From assembly GCA_944391075.1 (NCBI GenBank), contig CALXSG010000004.1, forward strand, positions 10,445-74,444: a stretch of 64,000 nt of DNA, in the 5' to 3' direction. The notes beneath the pieces were generated by a model. That model was not told the origin of the DNA, made no database searches, and was given only the letters and a program-made list of their open reading frames with translations. How positions within the stretch are numbered: position 1 is the first letter of the stretch; each line of letters begins with the position of its first letter. Shown piece after piece: positions 17,305-28,100 of the stretch. The stretch comes from an uncultured Rickettsiales bacterium (GTDB lineage: Bacteria > Pseudomonadota > Alphaproteobacteria > Rickettsiales > UBA1997). Made by a program: the position numbers and the translations under genes.

Positions 17305-18384
17305 ATGCTTGAAAATATTAAAGAGAGAATATTAAATGGTGGATCTTCAGATAATATAATATCTAGAAATAATGTTTTATTTTTAATTTTATTATTATTA
17401 TTCATGTTAATGTTTTGTCCATCAAATAAACTTGACTGGCTTGGAGTATTTTTTACAATGTTTAGCACAATGAGCAACGATTCAGTGCAAACACTTGGAA
17501 CTTTTATAACCTCAAATTCAAAAACATCATGGCTAAAAATGTGGCTATATATTGCTATACTATTTATAATAACTTTATTATTAGCATGGTTTCTTAATGA
17601 TTATAGATTAGATTTTAATAAGTTAGTTTTAATTCCGTATCATAATGATAACGATTTTATGCATTATGTTCCACCAATTTTATTGATAATCTTAACTTAT
17701 TATAAAATACCTGTAAGTTCTACATTTTTAATTTTATCAGTATTTGCATCACAAAGAGCAATTAGCATTGTTTTACTAAAAACATTAATTGGTTATACTA
17801 TTGGCTTTGGAATTAGTTATTTGTTATGGAGAATAATATTAAAATTTTTTAAGATTCTTCTATCTAATGAAGGAACTGAAAAAAGGTTAAGAATATGGAA
17901 AAAGCTACAATGGTTATCAACAGGAATTTTGTGGGTTTCTTGGTTAACAAATAATACATCTAATATAGTTGTTTATTTGCCACGAGCATTTTCAGTACAT
18001 GATTTAATATTGTTTTTAATATTAGGTATTCTTTTTATTGGTTTTACTTTTTACAATCATGGCGGACCTATTCAAAAAATTGTTAGTGAAAAAAAAGATA
18101 TTACAAATATTAGATCAACATCTATAATAAACATATCTTTTGCATTCGTCATTTTATTATTAAATAAAGTTAGTAATGCACCTATGGCAACCACATGGGT
18201 TTTTATTGGAATATTAGCCGGCAGAGAGTGGTGTATAGCACAATTAGAAAATGATGGTGTGTTAACATTAAAAGAAAGATACAAACGTGCTAGAAAATTA
18301 ATTTTTAAAGATTTAATTTTAGCAGGTTTAGGAATAGCAATATCTTTAACATTTGCCATGATTAATAATTTTTATATAAAATAG
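17305..18384 (+). CDS. Polytopic membrane protein, possibly a divergent PiT/PHO4-superfamily transporter
   Basis: 359 aa, about 9-10 hydrophobic segments. SNDSVQTLGTFI and KIPVSSTF / NAPMATTW loosely resemble the repeated GANDVAN...PVSTTH signatures of PiT transporters. Confidence 0.35.
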   Translation: MLENIKERILNGGSSDNIISRNNVLFLILLLLFMLMFCPSNKLDWLGVFFTMFSTMSNDSVQTLGTFITSNSKTSWLKMWLYIAILFIITLLLAWFLNDYRLDFNKLVLIPYHNDNDFMHYVPPILLIILTYYKIPVSSTFLILSVFASQRAISIVLLKTLIGYTIGFGISYLLWRIILKFFKILLSNEGTEKRLRIWKKLQWLSTGILWVSWLTNNTSNIVVYLPRAFSVHDLILFLILGILFIGFTFYNHGGPIQKIVSEKKDITNIRSTSIINISFAFVILLLNKVSNAPMATTWVFIGILAGREWCIAQLENDGVLTLKERYKRARKLIFKDLILAGLGIAISLTFAMINNFYIK

Positions 18385-18392
18385 GAGAGAAT

Positions 18393-19118
18393 ATGGAAAA
18401 TATTTTTTATATTATAACATCTTTAATATTTGGTTCAGTATTTGGAAGTTTTATTACGGCAGCTAGTTATCGTTTACCGCGAAATGAGACAATGTGGACT
18501 AGATCACATTGTCCTAAATGCAACAAAATATTAAAGCCAATTTCATTAATACCAATATTTTCATGGTTATTTCAAAAAGGAAGATGTTTAAATTGTGGTG
18601 AAAAAATTTCTATAAGATATCCATTGACAGAAATTATAACAGCCATTTTATTTTTATTATCATACTTAAAATTTGGCTATAATTTTAATACAATAATAGT
18701 TGATGCTTTTATGGTTATTGGTATGATAATGATAGTTTCTGACTTAGAAACATATACAATACCGGATTCCACACAACTTGCTTTATTAATTACAGCTATA
18801 ATATTTAATTTATATAATGATTTTGATTTATTATATTCAACATTTTCTGCATTAATTTATTTTGCAATGATATTTGTTTCAAGTTTAATAGTATCAAAAT
18901 GGAAGAAAAAAGATGCAATAGGTGGTGCAGATCTTAAATTAATAACCATTTGTGGTCTAGTTTTAGGTATTCTGGCTTTACCTTTATTCTTTTTATTCTC
19001 AGGTTTATTTGGTATAGTATTTGGTTTAGCATGGCAAAAAATTAAAAAGAATGAATATTTCCCATTTGGTCCTGCATTAATTGCATCATTCTTATTTTTA
19101 ATATTTTATTTATCTTAA
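18393..19118 (+). CDS. Prepilin leader peptidase / N-methyltransferase (peptidase A24 family)
   Basis: 241 aa, polytopic. Paired-Cys motif CPKC...CLNCGEKISIRYPLTEI, and GGADLKL resembling the second catalytic Asp motif (GxGDxK). Confidence 0.85.
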   Translation: MENIFYIITSLIFGSVFGSFITAASYRLPRNETMWTRSHCPKCNKILKPISLIPIFSWLFQKGRCLNCGEKISIRYPLTEIITAILFLLSYLKFGYNFNTIIVDAFMVIGMIMIVSDLETYTIPDSTQLALLITAIIFNLYNDFDLLYSTFSALIYFAMIFVSSLIVSKWKKKDAIGGADLKLITICGLVLGILALPLFFLFSGLFGIVFGLAWQKIKKNEYFPFGPALIASFLFLIFYLS

Positions 19119-19120
19119 TA

Positions 19121-19912
19121 TTAATTAGCCATATTAATATATTCTTCAACAGTTAACTCCTCAGCTCTCTTATTTAAATCAATATTGTTTATGGAAGATG
19201 GAGTTAGTATTTGTTGTTTTAATAATGATTCAACAGCATTTTTAATCTTTTTCCTTCTTTGACTAAATAGATTCTGTGTGATGATACCTAATTTTTTAAT
19301 ATTAATATTATTAATATTCTGTTTAGGTTTAATATAAACAACAGAGGACATAACTTTAGGAGGAGGAATAAAAGACTCCGGCTTTATATCAAACATTTTT
19401 TTAGCATCACATAAAGCCTGAGTAATAATCGATAACCTACCATAATCTTTTGTGCAAGGTTTCGCAATAATTCTCTCTACAACTTCCTTTTGTAATAACA
19501 AAGTAAAACTTTCAAATAAATTAATATTATTTAACCACTTAATCAATAAATTAGTTCCAACATTATATGGGAGATTGGCAATAATATTAATATTATTGTC
19601 AAAATATTCATTCTCATGAATTTTTAAAGCATCTTCATTTATTACTTGAAAATTATTATATTGTTTAAATTCAATTTTTAAAATTTCAAATAAATCATTA
19701 TCTATTTCAATAGAAATAAGTTTTTTAGGTTCTTTTTTTAATATTGCAGAAGTTAAGCCACCTGGCCCTGGTCCAACTTCTAAAACATTTTTATTTTTAA
19801 TATCGCCCGCAACATCAACAATTTTATTTAATATAACATCACTTGTAAGAAAATTTTGTCCAAATTTCTTTTTTGTAATAAGATTATATTTTTTTATAAT
19901 TTCCATAATCAA
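19121..19912 (-). CDS. rsmA: 16S rRNA (adenine1518/1519-N6)-dimethyltransferase
   Basis: KKKFGQNFL, SAM site EVGPGPGGLT, ANLPYNV. Confidence 0.92.
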   Translation of the reverse strand: MIMEIIKKYNLITKKKFGQNFLTSDVILNKIVDVAGDIKNKNVLEVGPGPGGLTSAILKKEPKKLISIEIDNDLFEILKIEFKQYNNFQVINEDALKIHENEYFDNNINIIANLPYNVGTNLLIKWLNNINLFESFTLLLQKEVVERIIAKPCTKDYGRLSIITQALCDAKKMFDIKPESFIPPPKVMSSVVYIKPKQNINNINIKKLGIITQNLFSQRRKKIKNAVESLLKQQILTPSSINNIDLNKRAEELTVEEYINMAN

Positions 19913-22900
19913 TTATTTATTTATCTTATCTTTAACACTAGCAACCACTTTACCAGGTACAGATTTGATACCATTCCAAGCTTTACCAGGAGCTTCTTTT
20001 GCAAAATTATAAGCAGTACTTGCACCTCTTTTAATACCATTCCAAGCTTTGCCAGGAGCTTCTTTTACTGTAGTATAAGCCTTAACAGCACCATCCTTTA
20101 TATCATTTGCTTTTTGAATAGCAGCATTTTTAATATTTTCTCCTCTTTGTTGCCATGTTTCTTTCTTGAAATTTTTAGCTACATTACCCCAAGTTCTCTT
20201 AACTCCTGCCGTAAAGCCATCTCTATTCCATTCTTTAAATCCATCTCGAACATATCTACCAAATTTTTTACCTGCATTAACAGCAACTTTTTCCGTACCC
20301 TTTGCAATTTTAGCAACATCTTTAATTCTATTTCTGAATTTTTCACCAGTACCTCCAAAGCTCATATTTCCTTCAGCATCATCTGGTGCAGAAAATATTC
20401 TCTTTGAAAAATTTGGTATTTCATCTAACACTTTTACCATCATATATATAACAACTAATACACCACATAAATAACTAAAAATAGCCAATGGATTTTTATA
20501 TATATGACTAACCGAATAAAAAAGGGCATCCAAACCAAAAAAATTTAATATTTTTTCACCAAAAGCCTTTTCACCTTCTGCTGGGCTATTAGGATTATTT
20601 GCAATAAAACATAAAAAACTTAAACCATTATCATCACAAGTTACAGATGGTAATCTACCAGTATAAGGATCATGGCCATAATATCTACCATCACCAAGTA
20701 CTACATCATCTATTGTTAATAATGCAAAACCTATAAAACCCATTAATAATATCATCTGAAAACAAGCACCCATTAAGTTGGAGAGCCAATTATCAAAAAT
20801 ACCTTTATATTTTGCTATTAACAAAAATGGAAAAATAAAAGGTGAAACAAAAATTAATAATGTAATCATCATAATATTTGTAATATATATATAAAATACC
20901 TTAAAAGATAAGACAAAAACTAAGAATAACATAAATGTTAGTACAAACACTACAAGCATACCAAAAGTTGCACTAAAAAGACAAGATATTAAAAATACAA
21001 TTAATGTTCCACTGCTTACACTTATACCATAATAATTTAATATCTTACAATCTAGTGTATCAAACACCATCAAATATTCTTTACCATCAGGGTATTCGTT
21101 ATCACCAAAATAGCAACCATCATATCTATCACTATATGATGCAACAGGATTACCATTTTCATCATAATCTGTATAGTAACGACAGTTACTGTAATATGTA
21201 TTCTCCATAATTTGTTGATTATCATCATTAGATATTAATAATGACGTTTTATATTCAATATCGACAGGTAATTCTGTTGGTAATACACTTACATCTTCTA
21301 TTATCTTATCTTCTTCTAAACCAACAGGAGTAATTTTAACCTTGTTATATTGAGGTGCCATCATATCTTCACTACAATTTGAATAGCACTTTCTAATAAT
21401 AACAATGTTTCCAAATTCATTTGTTTCATTAATGACATCGCATACCTCTTCACCATTAGAAGCATTAATAACATCCTCCGGCAGTTCTTCTACATTTATT
21501 TTTCGATAACCGTTATATAGAATATCAACATCATTAGAATCTGATGGTTCTGATGTAATATAACATATAGTAGCCTTTCCATTTCCAATATTTACACCGT
21601 TATCACCACCACTATTACTTACTATTTTTGTATTAACGTAGCCAGAGCCTCCTCCGCCTCCACCTGTAAGATACATATTTTGACTGGATGTATAATAAGC
21701 AACCATACTCGATGCTCCACCGCCATAATAACCTCCTCCACCACCACTTCCACCCGCATATCCATCTTGTCCACTTCCACCTTTACCAAACACTCCATTA
21801 TTTAAAGCACAATAATTTAATACACTTGCAGAATTTACCCTTTCAAAATTACACTTATTTCCTAATGCATCACAATTTTGAATACATTTATTATTACTTA
21901 TACAATCTTCATAGCTTAAACACAATGAATTATTAATACAATCATTTATAATATCTTGTGTTTTACATATAAAATTATAAGAGCAGCTACCACCAATACC
22001 ACCAGAAGTTAATGTGCCAGGCGATCCAAAACACTGTCTATTATCTTCACTAAAAATATTGTTACTTTGTCCACCTGAATTATTTCCACCACCCCCATCT
22101 CCACCGGAAAATACACCATTATAAGAAATTCCACCACCACCACCGGCAACCATAATTCTAGATTCCAAACTTCTTTGTGTATTAGTACCACTATCAATTA
22201 ACGTTCTAATATCAGTAGCCCCACCACCTCCATGTCCAACAAGATTTTGATAGCCATAACCACCATTTCCACCACCATTATAACCGCCACAAGAAAAATA
22301 ACTTCCATACATATTTTTAATCTCTTGAGAACAATTTTCATTAGATGCTACACCGCCCACATAAATATATAATTTATTCGGTATTAAAACTTTGGTAAGA
22401 TCTAATTCTCCATATGTATAACCACCTTTTCCCACATTAGCTGTGACTAATTGTCCATTAGCACCTATTACTGGATTGCCATTATTTATAGTATTTGTCA
22501 ATTCTGAACTTGCGCCATATAATTCAACAATTATTTTTAAATAATCACTAGATATATTAAATTCATATTCACCAGGTTCTGAATAAACTGTACAATTCTC
22601 AAGAATTTCTCTAGTTTCAGTATAATAACATTGCTTTACCTTACCTTTAGTAGTAATTTCGTGTTCTTTTCTAACATCACATACAACATTTAAAAAATCA
22701 TTTTTATAATCATCATAATCTAAAAAAGAAAATTCAAACATCTTTGCATTCACAAAACGCAAAGCTTCCATTAGCCAATTATAGAATTTTGTTTGCCAAG
22801 CATTAGTTAATGAAAAATATAACACAATAGCTATTTTAATCAACATCATAATAATAGCTTTAACACTTTTTGTATTAAAAACATCAAGTTCACCAGTAAT

Positions 22901-25051
22901 TAAAAATTTGGCAGAAGCTATTACTATTGCTAAAGTAATAAATAATATTATTATATGTCTAACAGTATTTTGAATCCTAAAAAATATATTATTCTCCTGA
23001 GGTAACTCTTCACCAATTATATAATTATATGCATTTTTATCTCCAGAATATTCAGCATTATATTTTTCATGCCTAATTTCACCAGGTTTAGAAAAAGTAT
23101 CGCGTCCACATAAACCTTCGCTATTAACTGTTTCATCGCTAGATTTACAAGAACTTGTACCAGCTATATTTAAAAACATATTTTTTATAGCCTCTGTGAT
23201 ACACTCAGCCATAGGAGATAAAAAACCTCTAGGCCCACCACCTACAAACCCTGCTATTTCTATATCTTCTAATTTAACTGGATATTGAAAATTTTGCCCA
23301 GAACCCTTAGTAAAATCAAAACATACCTCAGGCAAAAATTTATTATGTGTATCATTTTCATCGGTTATAATTGAATACGTAATAGGCATTTCCTCATATT
23401 CCACACAATGCACATTTTGCTCACAAAAATTTTTTACATTACCATATGATGATGCATGCGTACTTGCAACCGCAGTCGATGTTGTTTCCCATATTTTATC
23501 ATAATCTTGTCCATATCTTGACTGCCATTCATCATAATTATTATTTTCCTTATCTTCACTATCAAAAGGATTCTGACAAGATATATAATCACCATCACAG
23601 TATAAATCTTTAATTTCAGTTCCATATGAAACATTAAAATTATAAGGAAACAAATTAGCCGATCTAACACATAATTTTTTTGATTTTGATGAGCCAACAT
23701 AATAAGAATTTTTATCTAGCACACCTTCATATAATTTATAATAAACTTTTCTATCACCTTTAATATTTAAAGAACAAATATGACTATTATTAGCCATACT
23801 CTGATTTGAGCAAAATGCTATACTATGTTGTCTTGATATTGTGTTATTATTCTCTACTGTAAAATCATAATTTAGACCATTTATTTTTGTATAATAACCG
23901 ACATTTTGAGTTAATTTATTTGGTGCATATAAACAAATACCTCCATTACTTCTTTTTTCACAACATTGTTTAGCTAAACTAAAAAGTAATTCACATTCTT
24001 TAGAATTTCTTGAATATTCAGTTCCATTCATATCAATGCATGGATTGCCTTTATAATCGAATCTATCACAAGCATAATTAGCGGTTTGAGAACCTCTAAA
24101 ATAATATCTTTGCTCATTACTCTTATAGCCTTTTTCTCCTTCAATTCTTGGATCAAAACATCCATAATTTGAACTGTATATCATTTTATTATTAACTACA
24201 ATATCATTATATACAGTGTCAATATGATTACTATTTCTAGGTATTGAAAACTCTTCACCTTCGTATAGCATTTCTCTATAAAAGCGATTTTTTTTATTCC
24301 GTGTAGCAATATTCATTCCAGCGCAATTTGTAGCATCACAAAATTTACTATCTATAAGCATAGAAACCACTGGAAAACACTCTTGTTTAAATTTAGTACA
24401 CTTTGAACCATTATCTAAATTAGCAGTCTTTATACAATCATTTATTATATCTTTTTTTAATGTAACAGTTCCATCATTGGCAACACTAAAATAATTATCA
24501 CAATTATATTTACCAGAAAAAATATTTGATAATTTATATTCATAAGAGTTAGAAAATGCTCCAAATGCTGGATACCAATTAATTTTCGGAGTATTTTTAA
24601 CATTACTAGACAATATTGCATATGTATTCCAATCATAACCGCATATTTTTACAGCATCCCTAATTTCATTTATATCGCCAGTAGAAAATTCATTAGTTAA
24701 AGATCTATTATTAAGAATATAGTTCTGTTCTGTCGTTTTAACAGCACTACCACTAGCTGAACAATATAAAGGAATATTGCCATCATCATCAGTAACAAAA
24801 GCTATATTATTGTTTATAACAGATGACAAATCTACTAAAGCATTGTTTATACCTTGTACTAGTATTGTTGCTTTATTACAAGAATCAATATCCCCATCTA
24901 GAGCTGTATAACCTTTATCCTCTTTTAAAAAATCGGAACATTTAACAATAGACGAAGCAAACGACACTTTTAAGCTATAACTCAACAACGATATAGCTAT
25001 ATATAATATTATTTTTAATATAAAATTTACCTTTTTTCTTATTATCTTCAT
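19913..25051 (-). CDS. Giant VirB6/TrbL-like T4SS inner-membrane protein, paralogue 2 (1712 aa), with a Cys-rich N-terminal domain, an inserted poly-glycine domain and a basic C-terminal tail
   Basis: Signal peptide MKIIRKKVNFILKIILYIAISLLSYSLKVSFA. The C-terminal TM bundle (LIVFLISCLFSATFGMLVVFVLTFMLFLVFVLSFKVFYIYITNIMMITLLIFVSPFIFPFLLIAKYKGIFDNWLSNLMGACFQMILLMGFIGFALL) is collinear with paralogue 1. Lies downstream of virB3-virB4. Confidence 0.7.
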   Translation of the reverse strand: MKIIRKKVNFILKIILYIAISLLSYSLKVSFASSIVKCSDFLKEDKGYTALDGDIDSCNKATILVQGINNALVDLSSVINNNIAFVTDDDGNIPLYCSASGSAVKTTEQNYILNNRSLTNEFSTGDINEIRDAVKICGYDWNTYAILSSNVKNTPKINWYPAFGAFSNSYEYKLSNIFSGKYNCDNYFSVANDGTVTLKKDIINDCIKTANLDNGSKCTKFKQECFPVVSMLIDSKFCDATNCAGMNIATRNKKNRFYREMLYEGEEFSIPRNSNHIDTVYNDIVVNNKMIYSSNYGCFDPRIEGEKGYKSNEQRYYFRGSQTANYACDRFDYKGNPCIDMNGTEYSRNSKECELLFSLAKQCCEKRSNGGICLYAPNKLTQNVGYYTKINGLNYDFTVENNNTISRQHSIAFCSNQSMANNSHICSLNIKGDRKVYYKLYEGVLDKNSYYVGSSKSKKLCVRSANLFPYNFNVSYGTEIKDLYCDGDYISCQNPFDSEDKENNNYDEWQSRYGQDYDKIWETTSTAVASTHASSYGNVKNFCEQNVHCVEYEEMPITYSIITDENDTHNKFLPEVCFDFTKGSGQNFQYPVKLEDIEIAGFVGGGPRGFLSPMAECITEAIKNMFLNIAGTSSCKSSDETVNSEGLCGRDTFSKPGEIRHEKYNAEYSGDKNAYNYIIGEELPQENNIFFRIQNTVRHIIILFITLAIVIASAKFLITGELDVFNTKSVKAIIMMLIKIAIVLYFSLTNAWQTKFYNWLMEALRFVNAKMFEFSFLDYDDYKNDFLNVVCDVRKEHEITTKGKVKQCYYTETREILENCTVYSEPGEYEFNISSDYLKIIVELYGASSELTNTINNGNPVIGANGQLVTANVGKGGYTYGELDLTKVLIPNKLYIYVGGVASNENCSQEIKNMYGSYFSCGGYNGGGNGGYGYQNLVGHGGGGATDIRTLIDSGTNTQRSLESRIMVAGGGGGISYNGVFSGGDGGGGNNSGGQSNNIFSEDNRQCFGSPGTLTSGGIGGSCSYNFICKTQDIINDCINNSLCLSYEDCISNNKCIQNCDALGNKCNFERVNSASVLNYCALNNGVFGKGGSGQDGYAGGSGGGGGYYGGGASSMVAYYTSSQNMYLTGGGGGGSGYVNTKIVSNSGGDNGVNIGNGKATICYITSEPSDSNDVDILYNGYRKINVEELPEDVINASNGEEVCDVINETNEFGNIVIIRKCYSNCSEDMMAPQYNKVKITPVGLEEDKIIEDVSVLPTELPVDIEYKTSLLISNDDNQQIMENTYYSNCRYYTDYDENGNPVASYSDRYDGCYFGDNEYPDGKEYLMVFDTLDCKILNYYGISVSSGTLIVFLISCLFSATFGMLVVFVLTFMLFLVFVLSFKVFYIYITNIMMITLLIFVSPFIFPFLLIAKYKGIFDNWLSNLMGACFQMILLMGFIGFALLTIDDVVLGDGRYYGHDPYTGRLPSVTCDDNGLSFLCFIANNPNSPAEGEKAFGEKILNFFGLDALFYSVSHIYKNPLAIFSYLCGVLVVIYMMVKVLDEIPNFSKRIFSAPDDAEGNMSFGGTGEKFRNRIKDVAKIAKGTEKVAVNAGKKFGRYVRDGFKEWNRDGFTAGVKRTWGNVAKNFKKETWQQRGENIKNAAIQKANDIKDGAVKAYTTVKEAPGKAWNGIKRGASTAYNFAKEAPGKAWNGIKSVPGKVVASVKDKINK

Positions 25052-25128
25052 TATTTAACCTGTTAAATCTTATTAAATAATATCATAAAAAATCTTATTT
25101 GCAATAAATTAAAATTATATTTTAATAA

Positions 25129-28100
25129 TTATCCTTTATCCTGTTCTTTTTGCGCTGCAACTTTTTCTCTTAACTTTGACGTAGAAGATTTATTGACAAT
25201 CTTTTTTACAGCACCAACAGTAAGACGTTTTACAAATAATACCGTCTGCACTGCTTTTCCAGCAACAACCATTGGATTTACATCAGCACCCAAACCTGGT
25301 ATAGCAGCACTACCTGTTAAAGTTGAGGCTATTCTAGGAACTCTATTTAACATATTATCTAAAACCACTACTAAAATAAGAATAGAAAGTAAAGTAATAA
25401 CATCGTTAATTACTACATCTGTAATACGAAAAATAATACCAAATACCAAATCAGTGCTAATATTTGACATTAAACACAATGGGCTATTACGCTTTATATC
25501 AATAATTTTATCACCTGATTTACAATTTTTTAGATCTGCATTACCTTTAAGTTTATCTAATACATTAATCCATATCTTTTGCATTTCAAGTTCTTTTTGT
25601 TCTTGTGATATTCCCTGTTTTTCTAGATCATTTATTTCTGTATTTAAATAATATGAAACGAAAGCATTTCGTTTACTTGTATAAGCAACAAGATCACCCG
25701 TATCTTGATCATAGCATGCAAAACCACAAACCAATTCTTTATTAGGACCTGAACCAGTGAAAAGTCCACTACCTAACATAAAATTATCAATAATCATAAT
25801 AGATATAGAAACAAATGCTACCATTACAAATGGCTGAATAGCATAACCTAATAAATTTTTAAACCATTTCTGAAAAATTCCATTAAATTTTTTAAATAAT
25901 AATGTTGGAATAATAATTGGAGATAAAAATAATAGTATAGTAATTGCAATCATAGAAGCTACATAAATATATACTATTTTTAATGCAAATATAAATAAAG
26001 TTATTCCTAAAAACATTGAAATAAAACCAATAAATAAACCTAGACCAAATGGCCATATAATAGATAATACATATAATTTAACTATTCCCCAACCAGTACC
26101 ATTGTCAAATGCTGAATAGCCAAAATATTTAGCAATTTTACAATCTAGAGCATCAAAGAAAGATACATATCGTCTATCGCTTGGATAATCATCATAGTTA
26201 TTATCATATTTAGCTATAGCCTCAATAATTTCAGGAGAATCATCTGTAAATCTTAAACTTGTAATATCCCCAAAATAACAACCATCATCTCTAACAAGAT
26301 TACCATGTTCATCAACAAGAGTTTCAAAACCTATCTTTGAAACAGTTGAAAATAATAAATCGTTTAAAGCATAAGTAAATTTAAATATTAAATTATACCA
26401 TGATGTATTTACTGTTAATGCTACAATAAAACTAATTTTTACTATTAACATAACAATATCATATCTACTGCCAAGAGCACCACCTTTTATTAAAACATTA
26501 TAACCATATAAAGATATTGCAAAAGCAATAAACATATATGTAATATTTTTAGTATATCTGATAATATCTTGTAATGGATGTTTGTATGAATCAACACCAT
26601 CTGAAGAAACAATATTAGTATCAAATTCTTGCCCAGCTTTAAATATTTCTCCACTTTCACATTCATTCATATGATTAGGAGTTTCTGATATAACCTTACA
26701 TCTAGTATGACCGGCTTTATTTAATAATAAATTTTTCATAGTTTCAACCACACATTCAACAGCAGGAGCAAATATTGTTTTTGGATACAAATCAACAGCA
26801 CGATTATAAGCAGAATATGAAGCATATCCTGTTGTATTATGAGAATTACCAACTAAATTAAGGCACGCTTTATCTAAATATGGTGAATATGTATTAGCAT
26901 AAATAAATTCAATATTATTATTGCTAACTTGAGTGCAATGTCTATTATATTGAAAGAAATTTTTATTTTTACCTTCACATAATGGATAAACTACACCATT
27001 ATCATTACAATCATCTTTATCATATTGTATTTCGCAATTAGCATAATCTCCGCTATCTTGACACGCCTTCATACTATCTTCATTTGGTATTCTTTCAAAA
27101 ACAGATGTAGCATAATCAGAACCACCTTCTACATTAACATTGTCAGGACATAAATTATATGTTTTAATACAATATCTATTAGTATTTTCTACTTCACTAT
27201 CTACAGTAAAGTTTTTAAATACTTTAAATTTGATATCATCTACTTTACATTCATTATCATAGATTGAACAAAATGTAGCTAAATTATTTTTTTCATTTTT
27301 ATATATACAAACACTTTGTTGCGCCTTTAAACAACACTGATACGCTATATCGAATGCATCACCAGTTTTTGATCTTTTTTCTAAATATCTTTCACATAAA
27401 TAATTACCATAATCATAACCTCTCATATAATATGTTTGATAAGCTTGTTCTTCACCTCTAAAAATATCATAATTCTTAGCTTCAGGTCTTGGATCTATAC
27501 AAGCATAATTAATAATCTCTTCACCATCATACATATTTTCTCTAAACACTCTATCATTCTGTGTAAAATAATTACCACCATCAACAGGTTGACAGGTATT
27601 ATCATTATTACCTTTTTGACATCTTTCTAATGCCACTACACCATCACAATCATTAATATTTCTTACACATTTATTTACTTCAAATTTATATGAGCCATTA
27701 AATGCTCCTCGAGTTGGATAATATTTTTTGATATTAGCAAATGCTGAACAATTACCAGCTTCACAACCTCCTGCTTTATTATAATCATTAATAGCTTGCT
27801 CATTACCATAAGTTAACCAATTTGCACCACATATTTTAAAATTTAAAAGAACACTCTGCGATATACTAAATTTATCCTTAAAATCAAATCCACCAAAACT
27901 CTGATTCCACCAACAATATCCATTATCCATTTCCCATTTTGAATTATCTTTTTCGAATATTATCGGCTCTCCACTTACCCAATTATACCCAATTATTTTA
28001 AAACTCGATGAAAATTTTAGTCCATCTGAACCATCCTCAGTAACTTCATATACTTGTTCAAGTGGTCTACTCAAATTAAGATCAGCAAAAGTATCAGAAA

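Noticed and set aside
19856-20474. Plus-strand ORFs 19856-20407 (183 aa) and 20166-20474 (102 aa)
   Set aside because: They are antisense to rsmA and to the C-terminal tail of VirB6 paralogue 2. The composition is F/S/I-rich shadow-frame type, and they overlap each other.
22009-23700. Minus-strand alternative-frame ORFs 22009-22197 and 23434-23700, and plus-strand ORFs 21004-21210 and 21688-21936, inside the VirB6-2 gene
   Set aside because: They are nested within a continuous 1712-codon ORF whose flanks align with the paralogue. The nested frames give H/Y/N-rich nonsense generated by the Gly (GGN)/Asn-rich coding sequence.
25193-25651. 152-aa plus-strand ORF opposite the 3' end of VirB6 paralogue 1
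   Set aside because: Antisense shadow ORF with no start context or motif. The minus-strand gene is supported by paralogy and TM architecture.
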